DNA of 64,000 nucleotides from Lytechinus pictus (taxonomy: Eukaryota). The position numbers and the translations under genes were made by a program. Of this stretch, positions 13,824 to 27,100 are shown piece after piece. Position 1 is the stretch's first letter; each line of letters begins with the position of its first letter. The DNA lies in NCBI RefSeq assembly GCF_037042905.1, contig NC_087251.1, positions 10,914,001-10,978,000 on the forward strand, given 5' to 3'. The notes below the pieces were generated by a model. That model was not told the DNA's origin. It did no database searches and saw nothing but the letters and a program-made list of their open reading frames with translations.

Positions 13824-16800
13824 CCATTCTGTTCATGGTTCCATTGCTTTTTATGTCTTGTTTTAGGTCTAAATCTAGGGGGAAAATCACCTCGCGTCTA
13901 ATTCTCTAATATGACGTTTCTTCTTTAAATAAAAAACGGACTTGAACTTTCCAGTTTTTAGATCTGAATTAAAAAAAAATAATAATCAGCTCGCGCTTCG
14001 CGCTCGCATTAATTGTTTGATTACATACTCATCCAGGTTATGATTTCAAAACGTGGTTAACATGTTCAGTTCTCAATAATACTCATATTGTACATGACAG
14101 AAAAAGTGCTTAGATTGTCCGAGTTTCGGGCGGAAAATTAGAATTTCTGTTCGCGCTTCATGCACGCTCACATCATAAAGTTATGCTTATATATCCATCC
14201 AATTTATGGTTGAAAATGTGATTCGAATATACATTTTTTAGTCCCAGATATTGAAAATGTACAACTCGCTCTCGCATTTTATTGATTGGTGAGATTTGTA
14301 TTACATGTACATTCATGAGTCACTGCAAAACGAATACTTTTGTAGGTGAGTATATTAAAAATTACTTCTGTGTTTCGCGCTCGCACGAATCTTTTCGTTA
14401 GATACGCATCTTCTTCATGATTACAATAACTGCCCAGAATATTCAATTCTCAGTTCTAAATAAAAATATACAATAAATTTAGCTTGCATGTGATATATTT
14501 AGACCTCATGAGATAAGGTAAGATAAGACTGTATTAGAACTTCGATCTTTAGTTAGGTCAAGCCCTCTAATATAAAATGAATAAATAAATAAATAATAAC
14601 GTGAATAATGCCCCCCCCCCCCAAAAAAAAAAAAAATGATTTTGGCGGCCTATCGGGAAAGTGTGAATGATAATTCCCACCCCTACCTTTAACTGATGAA
14701 AGCCTGTACTGCCCTGGGTATGGTGGAAGAAAATGTGACTGAGGAGAGTGTTGAACACTTCCAAGACTCATGGTCGTATAGCTGACGTCGGTACACGTTA
14801 CCGATATACATTTGTAGAATCAAGGGTTATACCGACAAACATTTTGAACATTTACGATGGAGCGTAGCTCGTGAGCAAAAAATAAAATAATATAATCACT
14901 TTTTAAAATGAACACCACTTCTCCCCCCCCCCTCTCCCTTGCATGGTTGTGGAAGTTCGTAGTGTTTTTCGTTTGCGCGGGGGAGGGGCTCAAATAAAGG
15001 ATTATAGGTATGTTCGTTTTGATCACGCGAATCAAGCAGTGATAATAATACATGGGCACCTTGAGCACCTAACAAGATGGACACGTGTGCTATATATATA
15101 TTATATTATTTTATTACTATTATTATCATTACTTAGAACTTATACGCTACTCGCCCCTCCCACTTCCCTCGTCTCCATTTTTTTTTGAGGGGGCCGCAGG
15201 TATAGGCATAATCTATAGCGTTCCCGCTCCCCCTTTCAATTTTTTTTTTTTTTTCATCGTCCATTCTGGAGATATATGATTTCATCTCTCCGATCCGCCT
15301 CGTCAGTGTGTAAATGCGCTAGCGTGAAGGGAGGGGGTCGCTAGCAACCAACCTCCAACCTTGGACAACACAAGAAATAGGAGAAAAAATAAAGGACATT
15401 TTAATATTAGAAACGAAAATGTCTGCTATGTTCTTGTTTGTCTTTTCCCCTGTTTATATTCCATAATGATGTAATGATTTTCATTTCAAGATTTCAAAAA
15501 TCACATGTTCAGACCCCCCATTCCTCCGTGTCCAGGGTTGCACTTTGTGAATAAGAGAATTCAACCTGGTCACACGTCGTTTTATTTTCGTTTTCAGATC
15601 CTTTCATTTTACTTCTCTCTCCCAATTTTCTTTCTTTAGTCATGTTCGTTGTGTTGTAGAACAATAGAGTGGACTCTTTGACGTCGAAATAAGGTTACCA
15701 GACTAACGAAGGGAATGGGAAAGGTAGCGATAAATGGAAGCGAGGGGAAGGGGCACGCCCTCCTAAATTTTAGATAAGTGGGGTAGTTACCCCCTTAAAA
15801 AGGAAGAGGGAAAGAAAGAAAGAAAAAAGAAAAGAAAGGAAAAATGTGAAAATAAAAATAAGAAAAAGATGAATATCACATGTTTACTAAAACCAATAAT
15901 ACCAAAATAGCAGTTTTGACAAAGGAAAATACTTAAAATTTAAAGCAAAATAATCATACAATCAAAAATAAAAAGTTTGTTTTCCGCACCAAAATGAAGG
16001 TGTTTGGATCAAACCTGTACATCACCCCCATATAAATCTTGGAGGTGATTTAGCACCCCCGCTTACAAAGGCCATGTGCATCGGTGTTTCCACAGATCCA
16101 AAACAAACTTCTCGAATTTATAGACATTTCCTAGAATTTTTAATTTGATTTTAACAAAAATTGTACAAAAATGTAGCCAGCCGAAACTTTCAGCAAACAA
16201 TTTTAAAAATATAACATGAATGTTGACAGTTGCTATGTTTAATTATTGTTTACTTGTAATCTTTGGATTTCCCGAAATTTCCTGCATGGATTTGTTTCAT
16301 TCGGAACCTTTCCTGGAAAAGGTAAAATTTCCCGAAATTTCGGGAGGAGTGGAAACACTGATGTGCATCACGGGAATATCTATATATAACCCTTCATAAT
16401 GCAATGTTATATCTAAGTAATATCACGAACATGCTATTGAAATAAAAATGTAGGATTTTAATATAAAATCGAAAAACTTTTCAAATTCAACTCTTTGCGT
16501 TTACTCGCATTTCTCTATTTTATTACTAAACTTTATATGCCCTGTCGCCGAACCCTGCATGTGTCTTTCCACATTTTTTAAAATCGGATTAAAGTGACAT
16601 TTTTAGATTGGTGACTTCATTTTTTTGTACAAAATACCATCTGGACGTCTCAGGATTCTGGAGTTTCTTGGGGCTTTGCTATCCATGCCTAGAGAAAGGG
16701 GAAATAGAGAGGAACGATAAGAAAGGATATAAGAAGAAGAAAAGTGAATGAAATAAGAAAAGAGGAACGATTTGAAAACAGAAAAAGTAGAAATCATTAT

Positions 16801-19800
16801 ACAAAAAAAATCAATCGCGAATATACTTTTTAAAAAATCAGCTTGCGTTTTACATGCGCTCTTATCATTATTCAGGAAAATATGCAGCAATATTCCAAAA
16901 CAGTTTATACAATGTTTCGTATTAAGATCTTAATTTCAACAAATATCAGCTCGCTTGGCGTATAAACTTTATACTTACCATAAGACCGTATTTGATTAGA
17001 ATGACCCGATTCAGCTCTTCATGTCAAAATATTAATAATTTTCAACTCGTTCTTCGTGCTCCGCGCTCGCACCATTCTGTTGTATAATCGATGCAATTTA
17101 ATAAGTTTGAATCTCGGGTTTTCAGTTATTTTTTTCCAAGCAATGTGCTTATAATGACAATCCTCGGTCCTGCTAATTGTTAATATCATAATATGTTGGG
17201 TGTGGATCATTTGGTGTGTGTGGGTTGAATCATATTTTTAATAAGTACACTCTATTATTCATGCCAAAATTTTAAACGATATTATGTTTCTTTTGTTATG
17301 AAAATGCTAATACGCATTTACGAGAACAATAAATCAAATCGAATTGTTTAAGATGAACATACCCTGCGTGATTACCAAAAGTGAGTAGAATGACCCGTTT
17401 AAGATGTTCATGTTCATAAAAAAGTTCGCGCTCCTATATTTATTTTCAAGGCGAAATATAAAAATAAACATTACCTTGCGCGCTTCGCGCTCGCATCATT
17501 AATTTAGGCCATATAGGTCCATGATTGTAAGAATAAAGCTACGATGTACTTAAAAATTCAGACTTTAGTTGCATGGGACACCCCCCCCCCCCCTAAATGA
17601 TAATAATCAAGCATTTATCAGCCGATGTGGAAGAAATGTGGATGGAAATATTTCTTACCCCCCCCCCCCCCCGAAGTACGTAAAAATATACATTCTGGCA
17701 CTGGCGGCGGAAGATCATGCTTCAACACCGCCGGAACACCGCCAATCCAGAATCTAATATTTTTATGCTTTCGCCGCCGGCCACAGAATAATGCAATTAT
17801 TTTTATGTCCTTTTTATCCCCAGCATATACCTTTATATTTTATATATTTTATGCTGCACCAAATCTTTTTATATAATTATTATAAAAATGTTCGTTATAT
17901 ACATTGGTTGTTGGGCTGTGCAGTTATGTGTTGGAGGGGGGGGGGGGACAGCTTTACGTTGTGCAGGGGTGGATCCAGGTTTTTCTAAAGGGAGGAGGCA
18001 CAATTCATGAGAAAATTTTGAAAAGAAAAAAAAAAGGTTTTCATCTAAAAATTTACAATCTAAAGGTATTTCGCCAAAAATTTGTCAAGCAAAAGAAGAA
18101 GAAGAAAGGACCTCGCGTCCAAAGGAAGGGAGTGCATACGTGAGTAAAATATGGCAGATTTACTACACAAGTTTTGACTACTACTCTCAAAAAGGTGCTC
18201 GGCCCATTAGAGAAACAGTCTTGAATAAATGAAATGTTATATTCATGTGACTGCACAATTAAAAATGAATGTCCTGTATTATGTTCATTTTTCGAGCGAT
18301 ATGGGAAGAGTCTTACGTAATACCAAGTAATTTGCATACCCACATAAACAACGAAACGTTCACGCATGGGATAAAGCCATCCTTCCCTCAGCTAGCCATG
18401 GTCCATGCCTCAGCTCACGACACACGCAGAGCTCGAGAGACCACATGTTCTTATTCTATTCTCAAGTACATGTATGATGTTCTGGATCGCACATATTTTA
18501 TTCTGGTGCTACACTTTCGCTTTATCTTCATGTAATATTAAAGTACATCGCCCCAAATTTGCCACGTTACTACCATCCCGGCGAGGAGTCAGTAAGTCTG
18601 CATTTTTCTTATCTTAGATGGTCTGTACATAGCTTTCGTTGCGCTATCAGAATCTGTTTTTCTTCTTTCATACTACTTTCTCTGCTTCGACTAGAACCGT
18701 CAAGGCACTATAGAAAAGAGCCAGCAGAGAACATGCGCTGGATGTAATGTTTACAATTCTCAGTGCATGCCGGCCGGAGCGGCCTTGCCCCCATTCACTA
18801 TTGGTTGATTGACAGTTCTCGCTTGCGTGTCCGTTACGATCTCAACGCAGAGGGAGGCATACAATTTTATTTTCAAATCGGGATGTCACAGTAATTTGGG
18901 AAATCGTCTAGTAGACGAGTTCTAATATAATCACATTTTCCTACCTACTAACAACTTTTCATTCAAAATAAAGATGATTTCTAGGGTTTCTTAGAACAAG
19001 TACATAAACTCATAAACATAATTCATCTTAATTTGAGAATTTTTTAAATCAGCTTCTCACAATGTTAAACGATCCCTTTAAAGGCTATGTTTACTCGTGG
19101 AATTTTTCGAGATGAGAAGTATATCATCACGACAAGGTGCTAAAACACGACCATTGTCATTTTGGATTGAAATGGAACGCAAGAAGGTCATCAAGTCATC
19201 TAACATGAGAGAATGCCGTTTGCCGAAAACATGCTACTTGGGTGAAGAAGTCCAGTAGCTTGTTTCCAAATTCTGATTGGTCATCAAACGCGTCGGTATA
19301 ATGTCCCAGTGCATAAATATTTCGTAATTGGTGACGTCATAGCCGTTACTTTCAGCGAAATTTTGTACATTCTTCGACGATAGTTGTTCGTTAGATTGGG
19401 TTTTGCCTGCGAACCATGTGAACCTGTTGAAGATTTTTGCCATGAGGTTTTCTATATATAATATCAAGAAAACAAGAAATTTGATAAATATGATTGATTC
19501 CCGTAATGTGCAACGCTGTCACTTTACTTATTAGAATAAATATAAGAAAATAGCACATTATAGCTGTAATGGCAAGGAGCATAACTTTACAAATTCATAT
19601 ATTAGTAGGCCTACACTATTGATTCGTATAATTTACACAGAATATACAAAAGATTCACAAGATAAATGTGAAAACATAGCGTACAAGAAAATGTCCATAA
19701 TCAATAATTTTCATAACAAATTTGTGTGGCATTTTGTAAAAAAATCATTGGCAAGAAATGATGTCATCGTTGCCCCCCCCCCCCCAAAAAAAAAAAAAAA

Positions 19801-22800
19801 AAAGACAAGCCAAAAACGGGTTTTACACCAAAAGTTGTCGCATTTACGTTTCGAGAAGTATCTGGCAATAAAAAAAGAAAGCATCACACATGCATTGACA
19901 TGATGGGGCGCCCACCCGTCAGTAACGCGCAAAAATTAATCCTTCTTGATTGCTGTTATCATATCTAGCGCTACTATACCCCCACCCACCGAAGATGCTT
20001 GTCGGGATTTTATTTTATAGGTGCTTATTATCATTATTTCTTTCTTTTTTTGAGGGGGAGGGTTGGCAAAAATGTTTGCCCAGGAGCGAATCCAGGTTTC
20101 GCCAATATGGGGGAGGGAAGGAAAAATATGTTCATCCACAATTTCCCCGATCGGCAGCTAAAAGCTGATTTTTGTTAGTAAGTGTTTTCTAAGGGGGGGG
20201 GGTGTCCTAACCATTGAGTGAAGTTTGAACTACATCTTACCTTTTAAATTTACCCCCCCAAAAAGAATTATCTGACAAGGCCGAAGTAAATACATGTAAT
20301 GCGAGCGCGAAACGCAAGCTCATTTTTTTTAACATTTCATTTACATGCATATTGACATGACAATTGAATGTTATGAGCAGTTTTTAATCATGAATAAGAT
20401 AACTAAACAATTTAGCGCGAGCTGAACATTAATAAAGGAACTTTTTAATGATGGTTTGCAGAATATAACTCAGGAAGAGAAGACATATGTCAAACAAATA
20501 AAAAAAATACAAGCGCGAAGCACGAGCTGAAAGTTCTAACTGATCTGAAAAGGAACCTGTTAATGACGGTTTGTAGTGACTCATGAAGAGGATACATATC
20601 TCACCAATTAAATAATGTCATGGCGAATAAAAAAAAAAATCGTTATTCCGACCGGAAAACTTTCTAATTAGAGCAGCTTTTGTATACATGAACATGACAG
20701 GTATTTAATTAAACAACTAATATAAGCACGAAGTTCGAGCTGAAAATTTTTGATTTTCCAACTACAGAAATATTCAATGATTTATGTAATGTTTCTTCAT
20801 TTTTCCATTTCATTTTGTTTGCTGATGACACTTATCTAACATTGTCTCTTCACACAAAGATTTTGATATACTCCAGCGTAAGACAAGTGAAGAACTCCGC
20901 AAACTTATCGACTGGTTTGATTCCAATGAGTTAGCAATCAATTATGATAAAACATGTATTTTGTATTTCTCCAAATCAAATATTAAGTCTCCTCACCACA
21001 AAGTCAAAGTGAAAATTAATAATTTATATTTGAATGTTTCAATGTCAGTAAAATTCCTTGGAGTTTTATTAGATGATCAACTTTTTTTCGAGACCATCGC
21101 ATGAATTTACTTAATAAGATTTTCAAGAATGTTGGTATCATCAATACATTACGTTCTATTTTACCCGAAAAACAATTATTTATGTACAACTCACTTGTAC
21201 TTCCTTTTATTTATTATTGTAATATTACTTGGGGAAACATAGGAAAAAATCAATTAGAACCCTTTCATAAATTGCAGAAAAAAGTCTTACGTATCTGTAC
21301 TAAATCATATTTATGAATTTAAAGTTGCAGTTTTGATGTATTATATTAAACAGGAAATGGCACCTGTAAACATTATGATCTTTTTTATCATAATAATGAT
21401 TTTCACCAGTATAATACTCGTTCAGCTTCTCATTTTCATCTTCCACTGACCTCAAATAATCAAATTCATAATTCTTTTAAACATGCAGGACCTAGAATTT
21501 ATAACAATTAGATCCTATAATTCGTTCAACTGCCTCCTCATTTAAAATTTTACTTAAAAGACAATTAATTGGTGGTTATTCATCTTGATTCCCTTTCCCT
21601 TTTCTAAACATACCCTCCTCCCCCCCCTCTCTCTCTTCTCTCTTTCTCTCTCTTTTGTTTGAGTGCAATGGGTCATGGATGTGTTGGGTTTGGGTGATTC
21701 TGTGTTTGATGTGTGAATCAGTGAATGTATAATGATTATAAATGATTATTTGAATACTTGTAAAGGGGCAACTGCCTACAAGATTTTAATCTTTTTGGTT
21801 GCCTCTTACCATATGTTGATTTTTCTTTTACATGAATGTATAAATTATATTTATTTGTTGTATATTTATTTGTTGTGTGTCTTGTTACATTTATGCATTT
21901 ATACAGTATGTTATTTTACATTGTATTTTAATATTTTTATATGGTTAATAAATGAATTGAATTGAAATATGGACATTCTAAGCTCGTTTTTTAAATCATG
22001 AACAAGATAGGTATCTAATTAAGCACCTGACATGCCTGATGCAAGCGCGAGATGATTTTTTATTTTATTTGAAAACTTGACAGTTTTTGTAACCATGAAC
22101 AGGATTGGTAGCTGATCAATAAGTTCAAGTGAAGCATGAAATGAAAATATGTGATTTTCTGCTCTGAAAACCAGGGGGCCGTTTCATAAAGCTGTTCGTA
22201 AGTTAAGAGCGACTTTAAGAGCGACTGGTGAACCCTTCTTACGCGCTAAAGCATCGCCAATGAATATACCCTTTACCACAAGAAAGGATCACACTCACGG
22301 GAATGTCTGAAGCGAATTAACGAAAAAAATTTAAAATGAGAGATTCGACATCAGTGGCATCTTTAATTATGTAGGTGTCGGGAATACTCACAAACACAAT
22401 TGCAAATATCTTGATGCGTGGCGTTTGCATTATTCAATTGTGTGGGATGATGGGCATCTTGCCATCAGTCCTGATGGACATATTGCCATTTTCAAATGTT
22501 CTCGATGTTCTTTATCTGCCTTACACGGTTTAGTTTGATATATTTTCTTGAAAAAGATGATTTATTGTAAACCTAACATTATTGTTCTCATTATTATCTT
22601 TTATAATTGTTGGATTATTCTAAAGAGTCAATTGTGTAATTATTGAAACTCCGTGTAGAACTTGAAGGTCCCGTGTCCATCGCTACGGGACCCAACCCAA
22701 GTACATAATGTGGAATCCCCTTGGGTGTCATCTCGTCTGACTGAGACTCATATAGCAAACTCGAACATTGGTCCTGCTGCTTTACCCAAAGTACCAATTC

Positions 22801-23851
22801 CGGTACTCAAAAGGCAACGCTGTTGCTGTTCGTCAGTCATGGCTGAAGTGAAAACCTATAATGAGCTGATAGTATGTAACATGTAATCATATGGATAAAT
22901 ATTTTTTGTATCAGGTATGTTGTCGAGGCCGGCCTCGAGTCAAAATTTTGTCGACTTTGGCATTGGCCTTGGGCCGAGTCATGTGTAAAAAAAATCGACC
23001 GAAGAAGGTTTTTTTTTCAACGCCCTCGTGACTCGAAACTTTACTAGACATGCTAGACTGAGAGCCCATATAGTTCACAAATTGAAATTATATTGATTTT
23101 ATCAAATAAGTGTAATTCCGACATTTATTCAAACATAAATTCAAATATGCCAACCTTCTCCTACCCCGAGTAGACTGAACTCTTCGTCACTTCCAAACGA
23201 ATCGGTAAGCTTTCCCATCACTTCGTCGTTAAAAAACTCATTCACCTTATGACGGAGAAGATCCGTCTCACCTATCTTGGAGAAAGCCTGGTAGTAGACA
23301 TCTTCATAGCGCTCAGGATTGTCTGTTAGAGGTTTGATGTTCGAAAAAGTGGCAGACATAATCAAAAATTTGTCTTATCCTGTTACAGAAGATACAATAT
23401 TGCCTAAACATGTAGATCCTAGTATGCTCTGCATATTAACGGAAGGACCGGGCGGAAGGAGTGTTAATTTCAATTTATGTGACGACACGGATTGACATTA
23501 TTGCACATATAATGTGTTATGAACACAATGGATAAATTCCATATTTAGTTTTATCAACACCCATACGAGTCATTGATGCACATCATCAACATGACTACAG
23601 TTTAATCAAGTTTTATTTGGACTTTGTCCCTTGATATTTCTTTTTATTCAATCTCTTTATTCAGTTATGGGACTGTCGATACAGATTCATCCAAATAAGA
23701 AACACGGTATTTGGCTGAGTGCCTAAATACAAATAACAACAGAACATAATAGATATCATGATAAATCAACCTTCATGTAGTCAAGAAATATTATTAAAAA
23801 ACGGTAAAGTTGTTTAGTACTTGAGTTGTTTATTATCAATATCTTTATTGC

Positions 23852-23896
<45 letters not shown>

Positions 23897-23965
23897 CATT
23901 ATTATTATTATTATTATTAGTAGTAGTAGTAGTAGTAGTAGCAGTATTAGTAGAAGTAGTAGTAT

Positions 23966-24037
<72 letters not shown>

Positions 24038-24089
24038 AAGTAGTAGTAGTAGTAGTAGAAGTAGTAATAGTAGTAGTAGTAGTAAAAGC

Positions 24090-24139
<50 letters not shown>

Positions 24140-27100
24140 AAGTAGTAGTAGTAGTAGTAGTATTTGTGGTTTAAATGGGTGTATAAATAAATTTGTCATG
24201 ATTGCGGATCGGCAACTACGCTATCGATATTGGAAACAGAATGGAAAACAAATATGTTTCTGACATAACGAATACTGCATTCATTTTGGTAAAACTCTTT
24301 CTCCTTTAATTTTACCCCAGCAGAATTGGTTTTCTTTGTTTCAATTATTTCTTCTTTCTCTTCATGGAAGCCATTCTTGCGGGTACTATAGCAGCCTGAT
24401 ATGCCTGTCAATGCAAAGTGATTCAGCAACATTGACATTGGTGAAGTGTAAGTATAGTTACGGTATGGTGAGAATGACTAGCAAGCTCGTACATGCCTTA
24501 TTTCTTTCCGATATTGTGCGTCAGATCTTCTCCTGGAATCGCTTTCTCATACTTCGATCGACTTTCATTCTTTTTTTAAAATCCTATTCAGGGGACTTAG
24601 TGGTGATGTATGCCATGATGGAATTAGTATATAATCTAGGCGGAGGCTGCAGTTATTGTCTTTGCTGTTATGCTGAACGCAGGCGATAGTCTGATCTGGC
24701 GAAGACTACACATTGTGGCTGCGTCTGCTAACGCAGCCACAATGCGTAGTCTTTGCTAGATCAGACTATCGCCTGCGTTCAGCATAACAGCAAAGACAAT
24801 TACTGCAGCCTCCGCCTAGAATACGATGGAATAGGACTTGATCCATTCTTACATTTTGTTCTTGTGAGAGTATGATAATTTTGAGTCCAATACACACAGC
24901 CTTCTGGAGTCCACACTTTCCAATAGTCTTCCATACTTCCATACCTGTGCTAAAATAAACAAGAGTGTTGTGCTCCTCGAAGACAACGATTTAGCTATTC
25001 CTTGACTTTGGCCCTAATCTCTGGGCTACGAGATCTGATATCCTTTGCATCGGACGTCTAGTCCCTGGCATCGTGAGGTCCGAGGTCCATGAGTCTTTGG
25101 CCTCGGGCAGTCGATCAGCACTTGACCTTTTCCTTGGCCTCAGACCGTATCCCTAACATCATGAAGTCTGAAGTCCGTGTGCCCTTGGCTTCAGACAGTC
25201 AATACTTGACTTTGACTTTGGCCTCGGACGTCTAGTCCTTGGCTTAATGGGCCCTTGGCCTATTGCAGTCAGTACTTAGCCCGGGACTTAGCCTTGTACT
25301 TGAACTCGGGCATTGAGTCAGACCTCGGCTTTCAGACCTGCGCACACCACTGTCAGATGTGTCCAGAGGTTCATTCTGCTTTGGCATCAGATAGAAGCAG
25401 ATAACTTACATCTATAAAGAATGTATTGATAAATTATCGGGCATAATGTAAGTGAAGAGCCGGGTATTTTGATAGGGATGCACATCAAATTCCTGGGGAG
25501 CGTTTCATCAATATTTTCATCCGACAAGTTGTCAGATCTGACATCTTTCCATGATTTTGATTGGCTGAAAGGCACTGTTCCTATGGTAACTGTCGGATAA
25601 AATGGGACTTGTCGGATAAAACGTCAGACAAGTCCTTTCATGAAACGCCCCCCTGTACACCCTCCATCCCGGATTGCGCCTTACTTACTTGATGGTCCAA
25701 CACTAACGTCATATCCAGTACCAACCTTTTTGCAAGTGTTAATTGCTCTAGCTGTGACATAATTCCAGTCCTTGCAGTAATGAACATCAGCTCGTCAATT
25801 ACACTGAATCCGTACAACATAGTGATCCAAATAAAACCTGAGATAGTGAGATAATGGTTTATCGTTGAAAGTAAAGAGTTTGAAAAGCCAAGTAGTCTGT
25901 TTTTGTGTCCATTCTTCACTATTATAGATTGTGCTGTCTTACGAGTGCCCATACTGTACGGCCAGATCGAGACGATAGAAGAGAGTGCTGTCACTACCCT
26001 TCTCAATACCTTGATGAACCAAGACAACGTTGACTTGGTGAATGATTGTTGCATCCGATGTCCAACCCATGTTGATGATATCGCTGTGGTCTGCAGACAA
26101 ATGTGTGAGAGGAGAACGACGGTAAGAATGTGTGATGACGAAGATGGGCATGCCACAGGGTAGGGGTTGAAGTGGCGATGTGGTGTTGATGATGATGGTG
26201 ATGATGATAACGAATATTTCAGTAATGTTGATGATCATCATCATTGTTAATGATTATAAAAGTGACATTAACGACGACGACGATGCCCGACAATGATGGT
26301 GACGATAACTTTATTTTATTGGTCATTCATTTAATGCAATGTGATCTTTTGACCCCTACATGGCTTTTGAACTTATCATCCTCATGAACACAGGTGTGGT
26401 GTTTATCATTTGTACCGAGTATAAACAGTTGAAAACAATTGATGCAGATATGAATAAGAGCAGGTTTAACAAAGTCTTGAAAAAAGGATGGACATGACCT
26501 CATATCATTCGACCTTTAAACACCTAGATGACCTTTGACCCCATCATCCTCATTAACACACATGTGGTATTACTCAAAGCTTTGTACACAAGTGATGCAG
26601 AAATTAAACAAAATGAGAGCACTTTGAATAAAAACTTGACTTTTTGAACCCTAGATGACCTTTGACCTCATCATTATCATGAACACACGTGTGTTATTAC
26701 TCAATGATCATTTGTACCATGGAGCTATTGTTAATAGCTCTATGTTTGTACCAAGTGTGAACATAACTGATGCAGAAATCAGAAATAAAGAAATGAGAGC
26801 AATTTGAACAAAACTTGACCTTTCGACCCCTATATGACCTTTGAACCCCACCTTCCACAACAACACACATGTGGTATTACCCAAGGATCATTTTATCTAA
26901 GTGTGATAAAAATTGATGTAGAAGAAATGAGAGCAATTAGTAGAACAAAAATTTTAACAGCCTAACGGACCAACAGGAAAAGTGATTACAAGGTCTCTGC
27001 CGAACTTATTTCAGGCGAGACAAAAAAAATAACAGGCCGGCATCCCCTACAGATATCATGGATATGGGCCAATTCCAATATTGTTTTATCTGATAGAGCT

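Noticed and set aside
14693..14890. Coding-like stretch [15 protein letters not shown]...*RRYTLPIY...
   Set aside because: Internal stop, no convincing splice sites and no recognisable family; cannot be supported without a database search.
23756..24263. Poly-Leu and poly-Ile/Ser ORFs of about 145 aa
   Set aside because: Translation artefacts of the (ATT)n/(AGT)n microsatellite.
25638..26156. 172-aa minus-strand ORF
   Set aside because: Antisense shadow of MAT2B exon 4 with no recognisable motifs.
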